A stretch of DNA of 64,000 nucleotides from an uncultured delta proteobacterium. GTDB lineage: Bacteria > Desulfobacterota > Desulfuromonadia > Desulfuromonadales > JACZKF01. The stretch spans positions 192,001 to 256,000 of the forward strand of contig CAWFKQ010000005.1 in the NCBI GenBank assembly GCA_963816395.1, given 5' to 3'. The notes under the pieces were generated by a model. That model was not told the DNA's origin, ran no database searches, and worked only from the letters and a program-made list of their open reading frames with translations. Position 1 is the first letter of the stretch. Every line of letters starts with the position of its first letter. Made by a program: the position numbers and the translations under genes. This document shows positions 11,662 through 22,015 of this stretch, in pieces.

Positions 11662-13009
11662 TCACGGCCGCGGATCGAATCGGCAGGACTCCGACAAGCT
11701 GGAATCGACTCTTGAGTTGGGGGCAAGCTCTTTCAGTCTCTTGTAGAGGGTTTTTCGGGAAAGTCCGAGCATTTTCGCTGTGCGGGATTTGTTACCCCGA
11801 GATCTTTCTAAAGCCATCAGGATAGCGCTGGCCTCGATCTCCTTCAGCGTGCACGGTACGACAGCCGCCGGGCGGCAAGCCTGCCCGATAGACAGATGCT
11901 CCTCCCGGATTTCACCACCTCCGGCCTGACCGGCCGCCCGTTCCAACTCCGCATGGAACTGCCGGATATTGCCTGGCCAGGGGTGATCCTGCAAAAGGCG
12001 GACGGCCGCCGGAGAAATGAGCAGGTCCCGCCTCTCCCGGGCGGCGATCTCCTGGAGAAAGGCATAGGCCAACAGCGGGATGTCGGAACGTCGCTCGCGC
12101 AGGGGAGGGATGCTGAACCGAAAACGACCGATCATTGAAAGGAGAGGTGGGTGAAATTGCCCGGCCGCTGCCGCCTCGTTCAGGTCCAGGCTGGTCGAAG
12201 CGAGCAGGCGGAAGCCTGACCGTCCATCCGCTCGCCGGCTCTGTTTCTCCGCCGACAGCTGATGCGCCAGTCTGGCCTGTGACTCGGGATCAAGATATTC
12301 CACTCCGTCCAGGTACAGACTGCCACCGTCGGCCTCATTAAAAAAGCGGCGCCAGTCGAGCCCCTCCGAGCCGACCGCCGATCGCCATCCCGACTGCCCC
12401 TCAAAAATGACAAACGGCTTTTCCGCTCCTAAGAGCCAGTGGTGCAGTGCTCTGGCCAGCCGTTTCTTTCCCACTCCGACTTCACCGCACAGCAGCACGC
12501 TTTTTTCCTGGTCCCGGCTGGTTTCCATGACCCGTCGCAGTTCGTTGGATTTGCCGGCGTCGGGGAAGATTCTTCGGCAGGTATCCTCCCAGGCCTGCGC
12601 CCGCTTCAGGATGTCCAGTTCACGCCGAAGCCGTTTGTATTCGACTGCCCGGACGAGTATCCCTTTCAGCAGCGAGTACTCAGGGGGTTTGAGAAAATAG
12701 TAGTAGGCGCCCAGGGACAACGCCCAGGACGCCGCATCCTGCGATCCGTAAGAGGCCAGAAAAATCACCGCCACATCTGGAGAATTCCGCTGAACCTCAT
12801 CCAGCAGCTGAATCCCATCGATCGACTGGCATCTTCAGGTCGGTGATGACAACATCAACATCTTCGGCCTTCAGGATATTCCTGGCCGTGGCGGTGCTGG
12901 CCGCCAGCAACGTCTCGAACCCCTCATCAGCGAGAATCGCCGACAGGACCCGGACCGCACTGGCGTCGTCGTCCACGATCATAATCCTGCCGCCGGGGCT
13001 TCCCCGCAT
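11662..13009 (-). CDS. NtrC-like response regulator with degenerate AAA+ domain (receiver-AAA-Fis HTH); one frameshift
   Basis: Receiver IMIVDDD...VITDLKMP (ORF 12797-13066); GEVGVGK, WPGNIRQ and GNKSRTAKMLGLSRKTLYKRL (ORF 11662-12774); no GAFTGA. Confidence 0.8.
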
Positions 13010-13205
13010 TTGCCACCTCATAAAATTTTCAATGGGTTCGAAAACGTTACACAACCACAGCCGCATTCGCGCTGAGTTTTTCGATTTTTATCGGTTCGGG
13101 GGATCTATGTGGTCCGTGGGGAAAGTTAACTGAGCTACTAAATTAGTGTATATTAAGGTATCAAGTTGGAAGCAATTTGCAATGCAACGGATGGAAGTAT
13201 AAATT

Positions 13206-13222
13206 TGTCGGAGAACTTTACA
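13206..13222 (+). promoter_or_regulatory. Putative PEP-CTERM box (PrsR enhancer site)
   Basis: TGTCGGAGAACTTTACA = TGT-N11-ACA ending in TTTACA, about 60 bp upstream of a sigma-54 promoter. Confidence 0.75.
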
Positions 13223-13282
13223 GACTTCTCCAGCACCCCTCCCCTGTCCGAATTTATTCTGCATTTCCAATCGGTTATAGGC

Positions 13283-13298
13283 TGGCATGGGATTTGCT
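13283..13298 (+). promoter_or_regulatory. Sigma-54 (-24/-12) promoter of the PEP-CTERM gene
   Basis: TGGCATGGGATTTGCT, exact GG-N10-GC. Confidence 0.85.
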
Positions 13299-13351
13299 AT
13301 TCTATGAGGGAAATTTAATTGCAACACTACACCAGGAAAAGGAGGAGACAA

Positions 13352-13956
13352 ATGAAGAAGGGTTGGAATCGGATGTTGATGGTCCTGTGCGTCATCATGT
13401 TGGTGACGGCGGGACAGGCGATCGGCGCGCCATTCCAGGGTTCGCTGCTGGCCGAAGGAAGCGGCGACTCCTACTGGACGTTCGGCAGTTCCGGGACGGC
13501 TGTATGACGATGACGGAAGAGATTGCCGCGTATGCCACCGAAATCAGCTGTGGCTATTCAGCGGCGACAAATCCTTGCAGCTGTTCACGGGTGCCAATGA
13601 GGTACCAGACCAGATCACGATCAATCTGGCGGACGTGAAAAACACAGCTCGGTTCGCGAAATTCGGCGTTTACCTCGTCTCCCCCGACCAAGGCGGGCAG
13701 ACCTTCTACAGCGATAGTTCCCTGAACTCCGACAGCATCGATCACATGCTGGCGTACAACGACAACGGCGAAATGTACTTTGGCTTTGAAGATCTGCTCG
13801 GCGGCGGCGACAAGGATTATGACGACATGGTGTTCCGCGTCGACGGGCTTGTCCCTAGGCACGCAACCGGCGCCGGTGCCGGAACCGGCCACCCTGCTCC
13901 TGCTTGGCTCCGGCCTGCTCGGCCTGGCCTCCTGCCGGAAAGGCAAAAAAGTCTGA
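13352..13956 (+). CDS. PEP-CTERM sorting-domain protein with DUF4114-like domain; frameshifted
   Basis: RBS AGGAGGAG, signal peptide MKKGWNRMLMVLCVIML, FGFEDLLGGGDKDYDDMVFRV, and in a shifted frame QPAPVPEPATLLLLGSGLLGLASCRKGKKV*. Confidence 0.88.
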
Positions 13957-13979
13957 TCCGGCAACAAGATCACAAACTC

Positions 13980-14014
13980 AGAGGCGGTGTCCGGGAGACA
14001 CCGCCTCTTTTTTT
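13980..14014 (+). terminator. Rho-independent terminator
   Basis: AGAGGCGGTGTC-CGGGA-GACACCGCCTCT followed by a T-run. Confidence 0.85.
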
Positions 14015-14056
14015 CACCGCGGCCTTTGCGTCAGTTTTCCCGACACTCCGGGAAAA

Positions 14057-14920
14057 TCAGCCTTGATCATTTTGCCGATGGCCGGCCCCAGCGTCATTTC
14101 CGCCCTGATCGGCGCCACCTGACTTGGTCGCTCCGGCATCCGCCCGCCCCCGCTGCAGCAGATCGAGCTGCTTTTCCGTCAGATCGATCAGCTTCCGCGT
14201 TTCCCTGGCTATAATTGCCAGGAAATCGTCCTTCTCCTTCTCCCCGATCTGCCGTGTGCTGCGCAGGTAATAAACCGCCCCGTTAATTGAATTCAGCGGA
14301 TTGCGCCATTCGCGGGAAAGTCGGGGCAGCCATTCCAGCCCGAGCGGAGGCGTGACGGAGCAGTCCCGCAACTGCTCGGCCAGGTGATAATTATCCAAAG
14401 GGACGGCAGCCTCTTCGGCAATCCGACGTGCATGCGCAAAGTCCTGTTCGGAAAACGGCGCCCGTCGCCCCTGCCGCTCAGGGTGAGCAGGCCCAGCAGA
14501 CGGCTGCGGCTAATGATCGGGCAGGCGATAAAGGAAGGGGTGTGCCCCCGGTAACTCCGCCAACTGCCAAACGACCGATCATGTTCGATATAGGGGACGA
14601 AAACCGGACGCCGGCCACTGGCCACCAGCCCGGCAATCCCCTCGCCCATCCGGGTCCGGCAATTGCGGATGATTTCTCGGGGGGATGCCCCGGGCACACA
14701 CAATGTAAAGGTCCTGCTGCGTGCCGTCCTGCAGCCAGAGCGAACCCTTTTCCGCCTGAATCGAAGCAATGGCGAAATCGATCACGATAGGAGGCAAAAG
14801 CCGCCAGATTGTCGATTTCTTTTACCGCATCGGCCAGCTTCTGATGAGGGAGAAGCTGGCTTCCCCTGATTTTACCGTGTTCAAGAAAGGCTCTCCGCCA
14901 GCGGTAATGAAAAGTGGCAC
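14057..14920 (-). CDS. GAF domain plus HisKA-like (His->Arg) protein with no ATPase domain; several frameshifts
   Basis: Joined from four ORF frames: AEKGSLWL...ARGIP, RMGEGIAGLVA...FIACPIISRSRLLGLLTL, LSREWRNPLNSINGAVYYL; GTG start after AGGAGAG is tentative. Confidence 0.65.
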
Positions 14921-14934
14921 CTCTCTCCTGTTTA

Positions 14935-14950
14935 TGCCAAACCCATGCCA
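14935..14950 (-). promoter_or_regulatory. Sigma-54 promoter of the GAF-HisKA gene
   Basis: Minus strand TGGCATGGGTTTGGCA, GG-N10-GC; preceded by GGTTATAGNC, as at 13283. Confidence 0.75.
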
Positions 14951-15000
14951 GACTATAACCACTCAATTTTACAAAGGAAATAGAGCCAGAGTCGAAAACC

Positions 15001-15017
15001 TGTAAATGACCCCGACA
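15001..15017 (-). promoter_or_regulatory. Putative PEP-CTERM box (second copy)
   Basis: Minus strand TGTCGGGGTCATTTACA, TGT-N11-ACA, about 50 bp upstream of the sigma-54 site. Confidence 0.7.
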
Positions 15018-15172
15018 GAGCGGAGCCATTTCGGTAGGAAAAGCTTTGATCATCTGGAGCGACTTGTCTTGCTGCAGGCGCTTATCGCATGCGCAGTACG
15101 GCGCTTGCCTTTTCCGGATCCGGTGTTAAACATTAATAAAAAAAAATTATCTAACATTAACTGGAGATTGGA

Positions 15173-16291
15173 ATGGGGAAGAAAGTCCTTATCACCGGCG
15201 GTGCCGGTTTCATCGGTTCCCACCTGGCTGACGAACTGCTTGCGGCCGGCCACCAGGTGCGGGTGCTTGATAATCTTGCCGAGCAGGTGCATGGCTCCGA
15301 GCGCCGCCGTCCTGCTTATTTGCCGCCCGAGGTCGAACTGCAGATCGATGACATTCGCGACCGGGGCGCGCTGGAAAAGGCCTTAAAAGGAATCGAGGTA
15401 ATCTTTCACCTCGCCGCTCAGGTGGGAGTCGGCCAGAGCATGTATCGGGTCCGCGACTATGTGGAGGTCAACGACCTGGGGACCGCCAACCTTCTGCAAT
15501 TGCTCGTCGACCGTCCGGTGGAACGACTGGTGGTGGCCTCCTCCATGAGCATTTACGGCGAGGGTCTTTACCTGGATTCCGAGGGAACTCTCGTGGAGGA
15601 CCGCGACCGGGAACTGCCCCAACTGCAGCAGGGTCTATGGGAGCTGCGGGGCGCGGACGGCCGCAACCTCACCCCGCTGCCAACCCCGGAGCAGAAGCGC
15701 CCGGCACTCGCCTCCATCTATGCGCTGACCAAATATGTCCAGGAACGCCAGTGTCTGCTGATCGGCCAGGCCTACAACCTGCCGACAGTCGCCCTGCGGT
15801 TTTTCAACGCCTACGGCCCCCGTCAGTCGCTCTCCAACCCGTATACCGGCGTCCTGGCGATCTTCGCCTCCCGGATGCTGAACGGCAATCGGCCGATCAT
15901 CTTCGAGGACGGCCTGCAGAAACGGGATTTCGTCCACGTCAGCGATGTCGCCCGAGGCTGCCGGTTGGCCATGGAAACCCCTGGTCTGGCCGGTCGGGTG
16001 TTCAATATCGGCAGCGGCAGCAGCTATACCGTTCGGCACGTCGCCCTTCGCCTGGCGGAAATCCTCGGTCGGCCGGATCTGCTGCCGGAAATCACCGGCC
16101 GCTTCCGCGTCGGTGATATCCGCCACTGCTTCGCTGACATCCTCCTGGCCCGCGAGATGCTCGGTTACCGTCCGCGAGTGGTCCTGGAAGACGGTCTGGT
16201 CGAACTGGCGGAATGGCTTACCGATCAGGAGGCGGCCGATAATTACGAGACCGCCAGACACGAACTCAGCTGTCGGGGTCTGACCGTATGA
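15173..16291 (+). CDS. NAD-dependent epimerase/dehydratase
   Basis: [33 protein letters not shown]. Confidence 0.92.
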   Translation: MGKKVLITGGAGFIGSHLADELLAAGHQVRVLDNLAEQVHGSERRRPAYLPPEVELQIDDIRDRGALEKALKGIEVIFHLAAQVGVGQSMYRVRDYVEVNDLGTANLLQLLVDRPVERLVVASSMSIYGEGLYLDSEGTLVEDRDRELPQLQQGLWELRGADGRNLTPLPTPEQKRPALASIYALTKYVQERQCLLIGQAYNLPTVALRFFNAYGPRQSLSNPYTGVLAIFASRMLNGNRPIIFEDGLQKRDFVHVSDVARGCRLAMETPGLAGRVFNIGSGSSYTVRHVALRLAEILGRPDLLPEITGRFRVGDIRHCFADILLAREMLGYRPRVVLEDGLVELAEWLTDQEAADNYETARHELSCRGLTV

Positions 16292-17352
16292 GCGGCCGGA
16301 CAGGCCGGCCGGTGGCAATCACCGGCGGCGCCGGCTTCATCGGCACCAATCTGGCCGACCGGCTGGCCAGGACAGGGCAGCCGGTGCTGGTCTTCGATAA
16401 TCTGAGTCGGCCTGGGGTCGAACACAATCTCGCTTGGCTGCGGGCCGCGCACGGCGACCTGATAACGGTCGAGACCGCCGACATACGCAATCCCCTGGCG
16501 GTCCGCCGGGTCCTCGCCGAGGTCTCGGCGGTCTACCATTTCGCGGCCCAGGTAGCGGTCACCACCAGCCTGGCCGACCCGGCGGAAGATTTCGAGATCA
16601 ATGCCAGAGGGACTCTCAACGTTCTGGAAGCCCTGCGCGCCCTCGCCGCCCCTCCGCCCCTGGTCTTCACCTCCACCAACAAGGTTTACGGTCAGTTGGA
16701 GGGGCTCGAACTGCGCGAGGAAACCGAACACTACCGGCCGGTGCAGCCGGCCGTTCATGCGGCCGGCATCGGCGAGAAGCAGCCGCTTGATTTCTACAGT
16801 CCTTATGGCTGTTCCAAAGGCACCGCCGACCAGTATGTGCGCGATTATGCCCGCATTTACGGCCTGCCGACGGTGGTCTTCCGCATGAGCTGCATCTACG
16901 GCCCCCACCAGTGCGGCAGCGAGGACCAGGGATGGGTGGCCCATTTTCTCCTTCAGTCCCTGCGCCAGGAGACCATCACCATCTACGGCAATGGCAAGCA
17001 GGTACGCGACATCCTCTTTGTCGAAGATCTGGTGGAGGCGCTGCTGCTGGCCGCCCGCCACACCGACCGGCTGCGCGGGCAGGTTTTCAATATCGGCGGC
17101 GGCCCGGCCAATGCGGTGAGCCTGCTGGAGGTACTGGCCCGCATTGGCGATCTGGAGGGGCGGCAACCAGCAGTCCGGTTGGCCGCATTACGCCCCGGCG
17201 ACCAGATGTATTATGTCTCCGATACCGGTCGCTTCGCCCGGCTGACCGGTTGGCGCCCGACCGTGACTGCCGACGAGGGGATAGCCCGGTTGCACGCCTG
17301 GTTGCGGGAAAACCGGCGTCTGCCCTCCAGGTCGCGGAGAGCGGTGTCGTGA
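16288..17352 (+). CDS. NAD-dependent epimerase/dehydratase (CDP-paratose 2-epimerase-like)
   Basis: [52 protein letters not shown]. Confidence 0.9.
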   Translation: MSGRTGRPVAITGGAGFIGTNLADRLARTGQPVLVFDNLSRPGVEHNLAWLRAAHGDLITVETADIRNPLAVRRVLAEVSAVYHFAAQVAVTTSLADPAEDFEINARGTLNVLEALRALAAPPPLVFTSTNKVYGQLEGLELREETEHYRPVQPAVHAAGIGEKQPLDFYSPYGCSKGTADQYVRDYARIYGLPTVVFRMSCIYGPHQCGSEDQGWVAHFLLQSLRQETITIYGNGKQVRDILFVEDLVEALLLAARHTDRLRGQVFNIGGGPANAVSLLEVLARIGDLEGRQPAVRLAALRPGDQMYYVSDTGRFARLTGWRPTVTADEGIARLHAWLRENRRLPSRSRRAVS

Positions 17353-18644
17353 AATTCGCCCTGGTCAATCCCAACTGGACCTATCGGGGCAGCATATTTT
17401 TCGGCTGCCCTGAGCCGCATTTGCCGATCGAGTTCGGTTATGCCAGAGCGCTGCTGAACCAGTGCCGGGCACCAGGCGGAGATTGTCGATGCCCACCTGT
17501 GCGATCTGACCCCGGCGCAGGTGCAGAGCCGGGTGGCCAGTCTGCGCCCTGATTTTACCGTGCTCGCCACCGCCCCCACCTATCTGTTCTGGCGTTGTCC
17601 CCCGCCCGAGCTGCGCCTGCCGCGGGCCATGGCCGGGCTGCTGCGGGAAGTTGGCGGCCTGCTGCTGGCGGTCGGCCCGCACGCCTCCACCACCCCTGGC
17701 GCCACCCTGGACAAGCTCGGAGTCGATGCCGTCATCCGCGGCGAGTTCGAGGAAATCCTTCCGCGCTTCGCCGATCCGAACTGGCGCCGTATTCCGGCCA
17801 TCGCCTACCGTTCCGGCGATGAACTTGCAGGTGCAGGGCGAACCCTGGCGGGCGGCGCTGCAGGATCTGCCGGCGCTTGCCTGGCCCGACGAGTGGATCG
17901 GCCGCCATCGCCACCAGCACCACCGCTTCGATGGCCAACCGCTGGGTCCTGGAGCGGAGATCGAGGCCTCCCGCGGCTGCCCCTACCGCTGTACCTTCTG
18001 CGCCAAGGAAAATTTCCGCGGTGTTTACCGCCGGCGGCCTCTGGCGATCGTCCTGCGGGAAATCGATGGTCTGCTCCGCCAGGGGGTGGAATACCTCTAT
18101 TTCATCGACGAGATTTTTCTCCCGGATGCCCCCTTGCTAGGCGCACTGAACGAGCGCCGGCTGAAATTCGGCATTCAGACCCGCATCGACCTGTGGCGGC
18201 CGGAAATGCTCGAACTGCTCGGCCGGGCCGGCTGCGTCTCGATCGAGGCCGGGGTGGAAAGTCTCTCCATCGAGGGCCGGCGCCGGCTGGCAAAACCGTG
18301 CCGCCTGACGAACGAGGAAATTGCCGGGCGTCTGGTCCTGGCCAAAGCGCACGTCCCCTTTGTCCAGGCCAACCTGCTGCTGACCGAGTTCGACGATCCG
18401 GCCGCCGTCGCCGCCTGGCGGGAGCAGCCTCATTGCCGCCGGTGTCTGGGCCAACGACCCGGTGCCCCTCTTCCCTTTCCCCGGCTCGCCAGCCTACCGG
18501 CAGCGCTGGGGAGCCCCGGACGATCTGGCCTGGGAGCGGGCGCACGCCTGGTATCTGGGCCACCATGCCGTCTTCAGTGAGCTGCAGGATTGCCAGCCGC
18601 TGCCCCTGGAGGAACTCGACCGGGCCGGAGGGTTCCATGGCTGA
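17349..18644 (+). CDS. B12-binding radical SAM protein, rhizo-twelve type (TIGR04295-like); frameshifted
   Basis: MKFALVNPNWTYRGSIFFGCPEPHLPIEFG; TAPTYLFWRCPPPELR; EASRGCPYRCTFCAKENFR (CxxxCxxC); GCVSIEAGVES. Confidence 0.85.
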
Positions 18645-19785
18645 AGGGCGCCGGGGCCTGCGGGTACTGATGACCGCCGATACCCTGGGCGGCATCTGGG
18701 ATTATGCCCTGGAACTGGCGGCGCAGCTCGCCGGCAACGAGGTCGATATCGTGCTGGCCACCATGGGCCGTTTACCCACCGCTGATCAAAGGCGGGCGGC
18801 CGCCGCCATCCCCGACCTGGTGCTGCAGGAGAGCCCGTTCAAGCTGGAATGGATGCCGGATGCCGGGGATGACCCGCTGCGCGCCGGAGAATGGCTGCTG
18901 CAGCTGGAGCGGCGGTTCGCTCCCGACCTCGTGCATCTGAACGGCTATGTTCATGCCGGCCTCCCCTGGCGCGCCCCTTGCCTGGCGGTGGCGCACTCCT
19001 GCGTGCTTTCCTGGTGGCTGGCGGTCAAAGGGGAACCGGCGCCCGATGAGTGGCAGGGCTATGCCGCCGGAGTACAGAGGGGCCTTTCCCAGGCCTCGGC
19101 GGTGGTCGCACCCACCGGCGCCCTGCTGCACTCCCTGGAGGGACTCTACGGCCGACTGCCGCATGCCTCCGTCATCTGGAACGGTCGCTGTCCGCAGCGT
19201 TACCGCCCCGGCATCAAGGGAAGTTTCATCTTCAGTGCCGGCCGCCTGTGGGATGAGGCGAAAAACCTGCGGGCGCTGACGGCGGTCGCCGCCGATCTCC
19301 AGTGGCCGGTCATCGCCGCCGGCGAATGGCGTCACCCGAACGGCGGCGGCGAACTCCCCGCGCCAGTCGAATACCTCGGTACACTGTCGGCGGCGGAAAT
19401 GACCGGCTGGCTCAGCCGGGCGCCGATTTACGCCCTGCCGGCTCTCTACGAGCCGTTCGGGCTGAGCGTGCTGGAAGCCGCTCTCTCCGGCTGCGCTCTG
19501 GTGCTCGGCGACATCCCGAGCTTGCGCGAGTTGTGGGACGGCGCCGCCCTGTTCGTCCCGCCGGATGACCACAGCCGGCTGCGGATCGCCCTGCAGGCAC
19601 TGATCGACGATCAGACGCTGCGCCTCGCTCTCAGCCGCGCCGCCCGGGAACGGTCCTACCGCTACGGCGCCGAACGGATGACCGCAGCCTACCTGTCTCT
19701 CTACTGCGACCTGCTGCACCTGCGGCCGGCGCTTCGCACCGGCAGGCGCCTCGGCGGCCAACCGGCACCGCCGGCTAAAACCTGA
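18637..19785 (+). CDS. Glycosyltransferase family 4 protein
   Basis: VLMTADTLGGIWDY, AGRLWDEAKN, YEPFGLSVLEAA. Confidence 0.9.
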   Translation: MAEGRRGLRVLMTADTLGGIWDYALELAAQLAGNEVDIVLATMGRLPTADQRRAAAAIPDLVLQESPFKLEWMPDAGDDPLRAGEWLLQLERRFAPDLVHLNGYVHAGLPWRAPCLAVAHSCVLSWWLAVKGEPAPDEWQGYAAGVQRGLSQASAVVAPTGALLHSLEGLYGRLPHASVIWNGRCPQRYRPGIKGSFIFSAGRLWDEAKNLRALTAVAADLQWPVIAAGEWRHPNGGGELPAPVEYLGTLSAAEMTGWLSRAPIYALPALYEPFGLSVLEAALSGCALVLGDIPSLRELWDGAALFVPPDDHSRLRIALQALIDDQTLRLALSRAARERSYRYGAERMTAAYLSLYCDLLHLRPALRTGRRLGGQPAPPAKT

Positions 19786-19799
19786 GAAAGGAAAGCTGC

Positions 19800-20931
19800 A
19801 TGCGCTTTGTATTCTTCTACCATTCCCTGCTTTCCGACTGGAACAACGGTAATGCCCACTTTCTGCGCGGCCTGGTGCGCCAGTTGGCCGCGCGGGGACA
19901 TACCCCCGTGGTGTACGAACCGGCGGACGGCTGGAGTCGCGCCAATCTCCGGGCGCAGGAGGGGGCGGCAGCCGAGGCTGGATTTTCCGCTGCCTTTCCC
20001 GGCATGAAATCGTTCTGCTACCAGCCCGCCGGACTCGACCTCGATCGGGTCCTGGACGGGGCGCAGGTCGTCCTGGTACACGAATGGAACGACCCGGAAC
20101 TGGTGGCCCGAATCGGCCGCCACCGCGCCGGAAGCGGTAATTATCTCCTCTTCTTCCACGATACCCATCACCGGTCGATGACTCTGCCGGAGACGATGGC
20201 CCGCTACGATCTGGACGGTTATGACGGCGTGCTCGCCTTTGGCGAGGTGATCCGCGAGATCTACCTGCGGCGGGGCTGGAGCAAGCGGGCCTGGACCTGG
20301 CATGAGGCTGCCGACACCGCGCTTTTCCGTCCTCTCGCAGACCGCCCCAGGCGGGGGGATGTGGTTTGGATCGGCAACTGGGGGGACGATGAGAGAGCTG
20401 CCGAACTGCAGGAATTTCTCCTCGATCCGGTGCGCGTCCTGGGACTGAGCGCCCGCATTTATGGCGTTCGCTATCCGCAGACCGCACTTGCCGCCGTTCG
20501 AAGGGCCGGCTTCGGCTACGGCGGCTGGCTGCCCAATTATCAGGTGCCGGAGGTCTTCGCCAGTTATCGGGCCACCATCCATGTGCCGCGCCGTCCTTAC
20601 GTGGAAAGCCTGCCCGGGATTCCCACCATCCGGGTTTTCGAGGCGCTCGCCTGCGGCATTCCCCTGCTCTGCTCCCCCTGGGAGGATGCCGAGGGGCTGT
20701 TCCGACCGGGGACCGACTACCTGGTGGCGAAAAACCGGGCCGGCATGATCGATCTGCTGCAGCCAGGTGCTGCATGACCGCACGCTGGCTGCCTCGCTGG
20801 CCAGAAACGGGCTGGAGACTATCCGCCGCCGGCACACCTGCCGGCACCGGATGGATGAGTTGCTGGCCATCTGTGCCGAACTGGGGGTCGCCGAAGAGCG
20901 GCCGGCCAGCAAAACGATGGAGGTGGCCTGA
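19800..20931 (+). CDS. CgeB-family (GT-B-like) protein 1; frameshift near the C-terminus
   Basis: HSLLSDWNNGNAHFLRGL, FHDTHHR, WIGNWGDDER, IPTIRVFEALACG. Confidence 0.85.
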
Positions 20932-22015
20932 TGCGGATCGCCTTTTTTGGATCCAGCCTGGTATCGGCCTACTGGAACGGGGCCGCCACCTATTACCGGG
21001 GGATCATCCGGGCTCTGGCCGAGCGCGGGTATCGACATCACCTTCTATGAACCGGACGCCTTCGACCGCCAGCGCCATCGTGATCTGGCCGATCCGCCCT
21101 GGGCGCGGGTGGTGGTTTATCCGGCCGATGAGACCGGCGTCTATCGCTGTCTGGAGGCGGCACGCGGCGCCGACGTCGTCGTCAAGGCAAGCGGCGTCGG
21201 GGTGTTCGACAGTTTGCTGGAAGCGGGCGTCCTCGACCTGCGGGGGCCGGGGACCCGCATCATCTACTGGGACGTCGATGCCCCGGCCACCCTCGACCGC
21301 CTGGCGCAGAACCCGGACGATCCGCTGCGTCGTCTCCTGCCGCAGTTCGACCTGGTTCTTACCTATGGCGGGGGGGAGCCGGTTGTGCAGGCTTTCCGGA
21401 CACTGGGGGTGCGAAACCTGCATTCCCGTTTACAACGCCCTCGATACCTCCACCCACTTCCCGGTGCCCCGACAGGCGCGCTTTGCCGCCGATCTCGCGT
21501 TCCTCGGCAACCGTCTTCCCGACCGGGAGGCGCGGGTGGAAGAATTCTTCCTCGCGGCAGCCGCGTTCCGGCCGCAGCGCCGCTTCCTGCTTGGCGGCAA
21601 CGGCTGGGGGGATAAGCCGCTGCCGGCCAATGTTCGCTACCTCGGGCATGTCTACACCGCCGACCACAATGCGCTGAACTCCTCGGCCCTGGCCGTCCTC
21701 AACATCAATCGCGAGAGCATGGCGCGCTACGGCTTCTCGCCGCCGACCCGGGTATTCGAGGCGGCCGGTGCGGGAGCCTGCCTGCTTACCGATGCCTGGC
21801 AGGGAATCGGGCAGTTCCTGGAACCCGGGCGGGAGGTCCTCATTGCCGCTGACGGCGCCGAAGTGGCGGCCCATCTCGACGCCCTCACCCCGGAACGCGC
21901 CGCCGCCATCGGTCGGGCGGCCCTGCGCCGGGTGCGGGCGGAGCACACCTACGCTCACCGCGCGGCGCTGGTCGACAGTCTGCTGCGCGACGGAAGGCAG
22001 GAGGTGCGGGCATGA
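20931..22015 (+). CDS. CgeB-family protein 2; frameshifted
   Basis: MRIAFFGSSLVSAYWNGAATYYRG, WDVDAPAT, FLGNRLPDRE, SPPTRVFEAAGAG, HTYAHRA. Confidence 0.85.

Noticed and set aside
17521..19785. 754-aa fusion of a B12-binding domain and a glycosyltransferase
   Set aside because: Frameshift artefact; the GT4 has its own RBS and ATG at 18637 overlapping the radical SAM stop.
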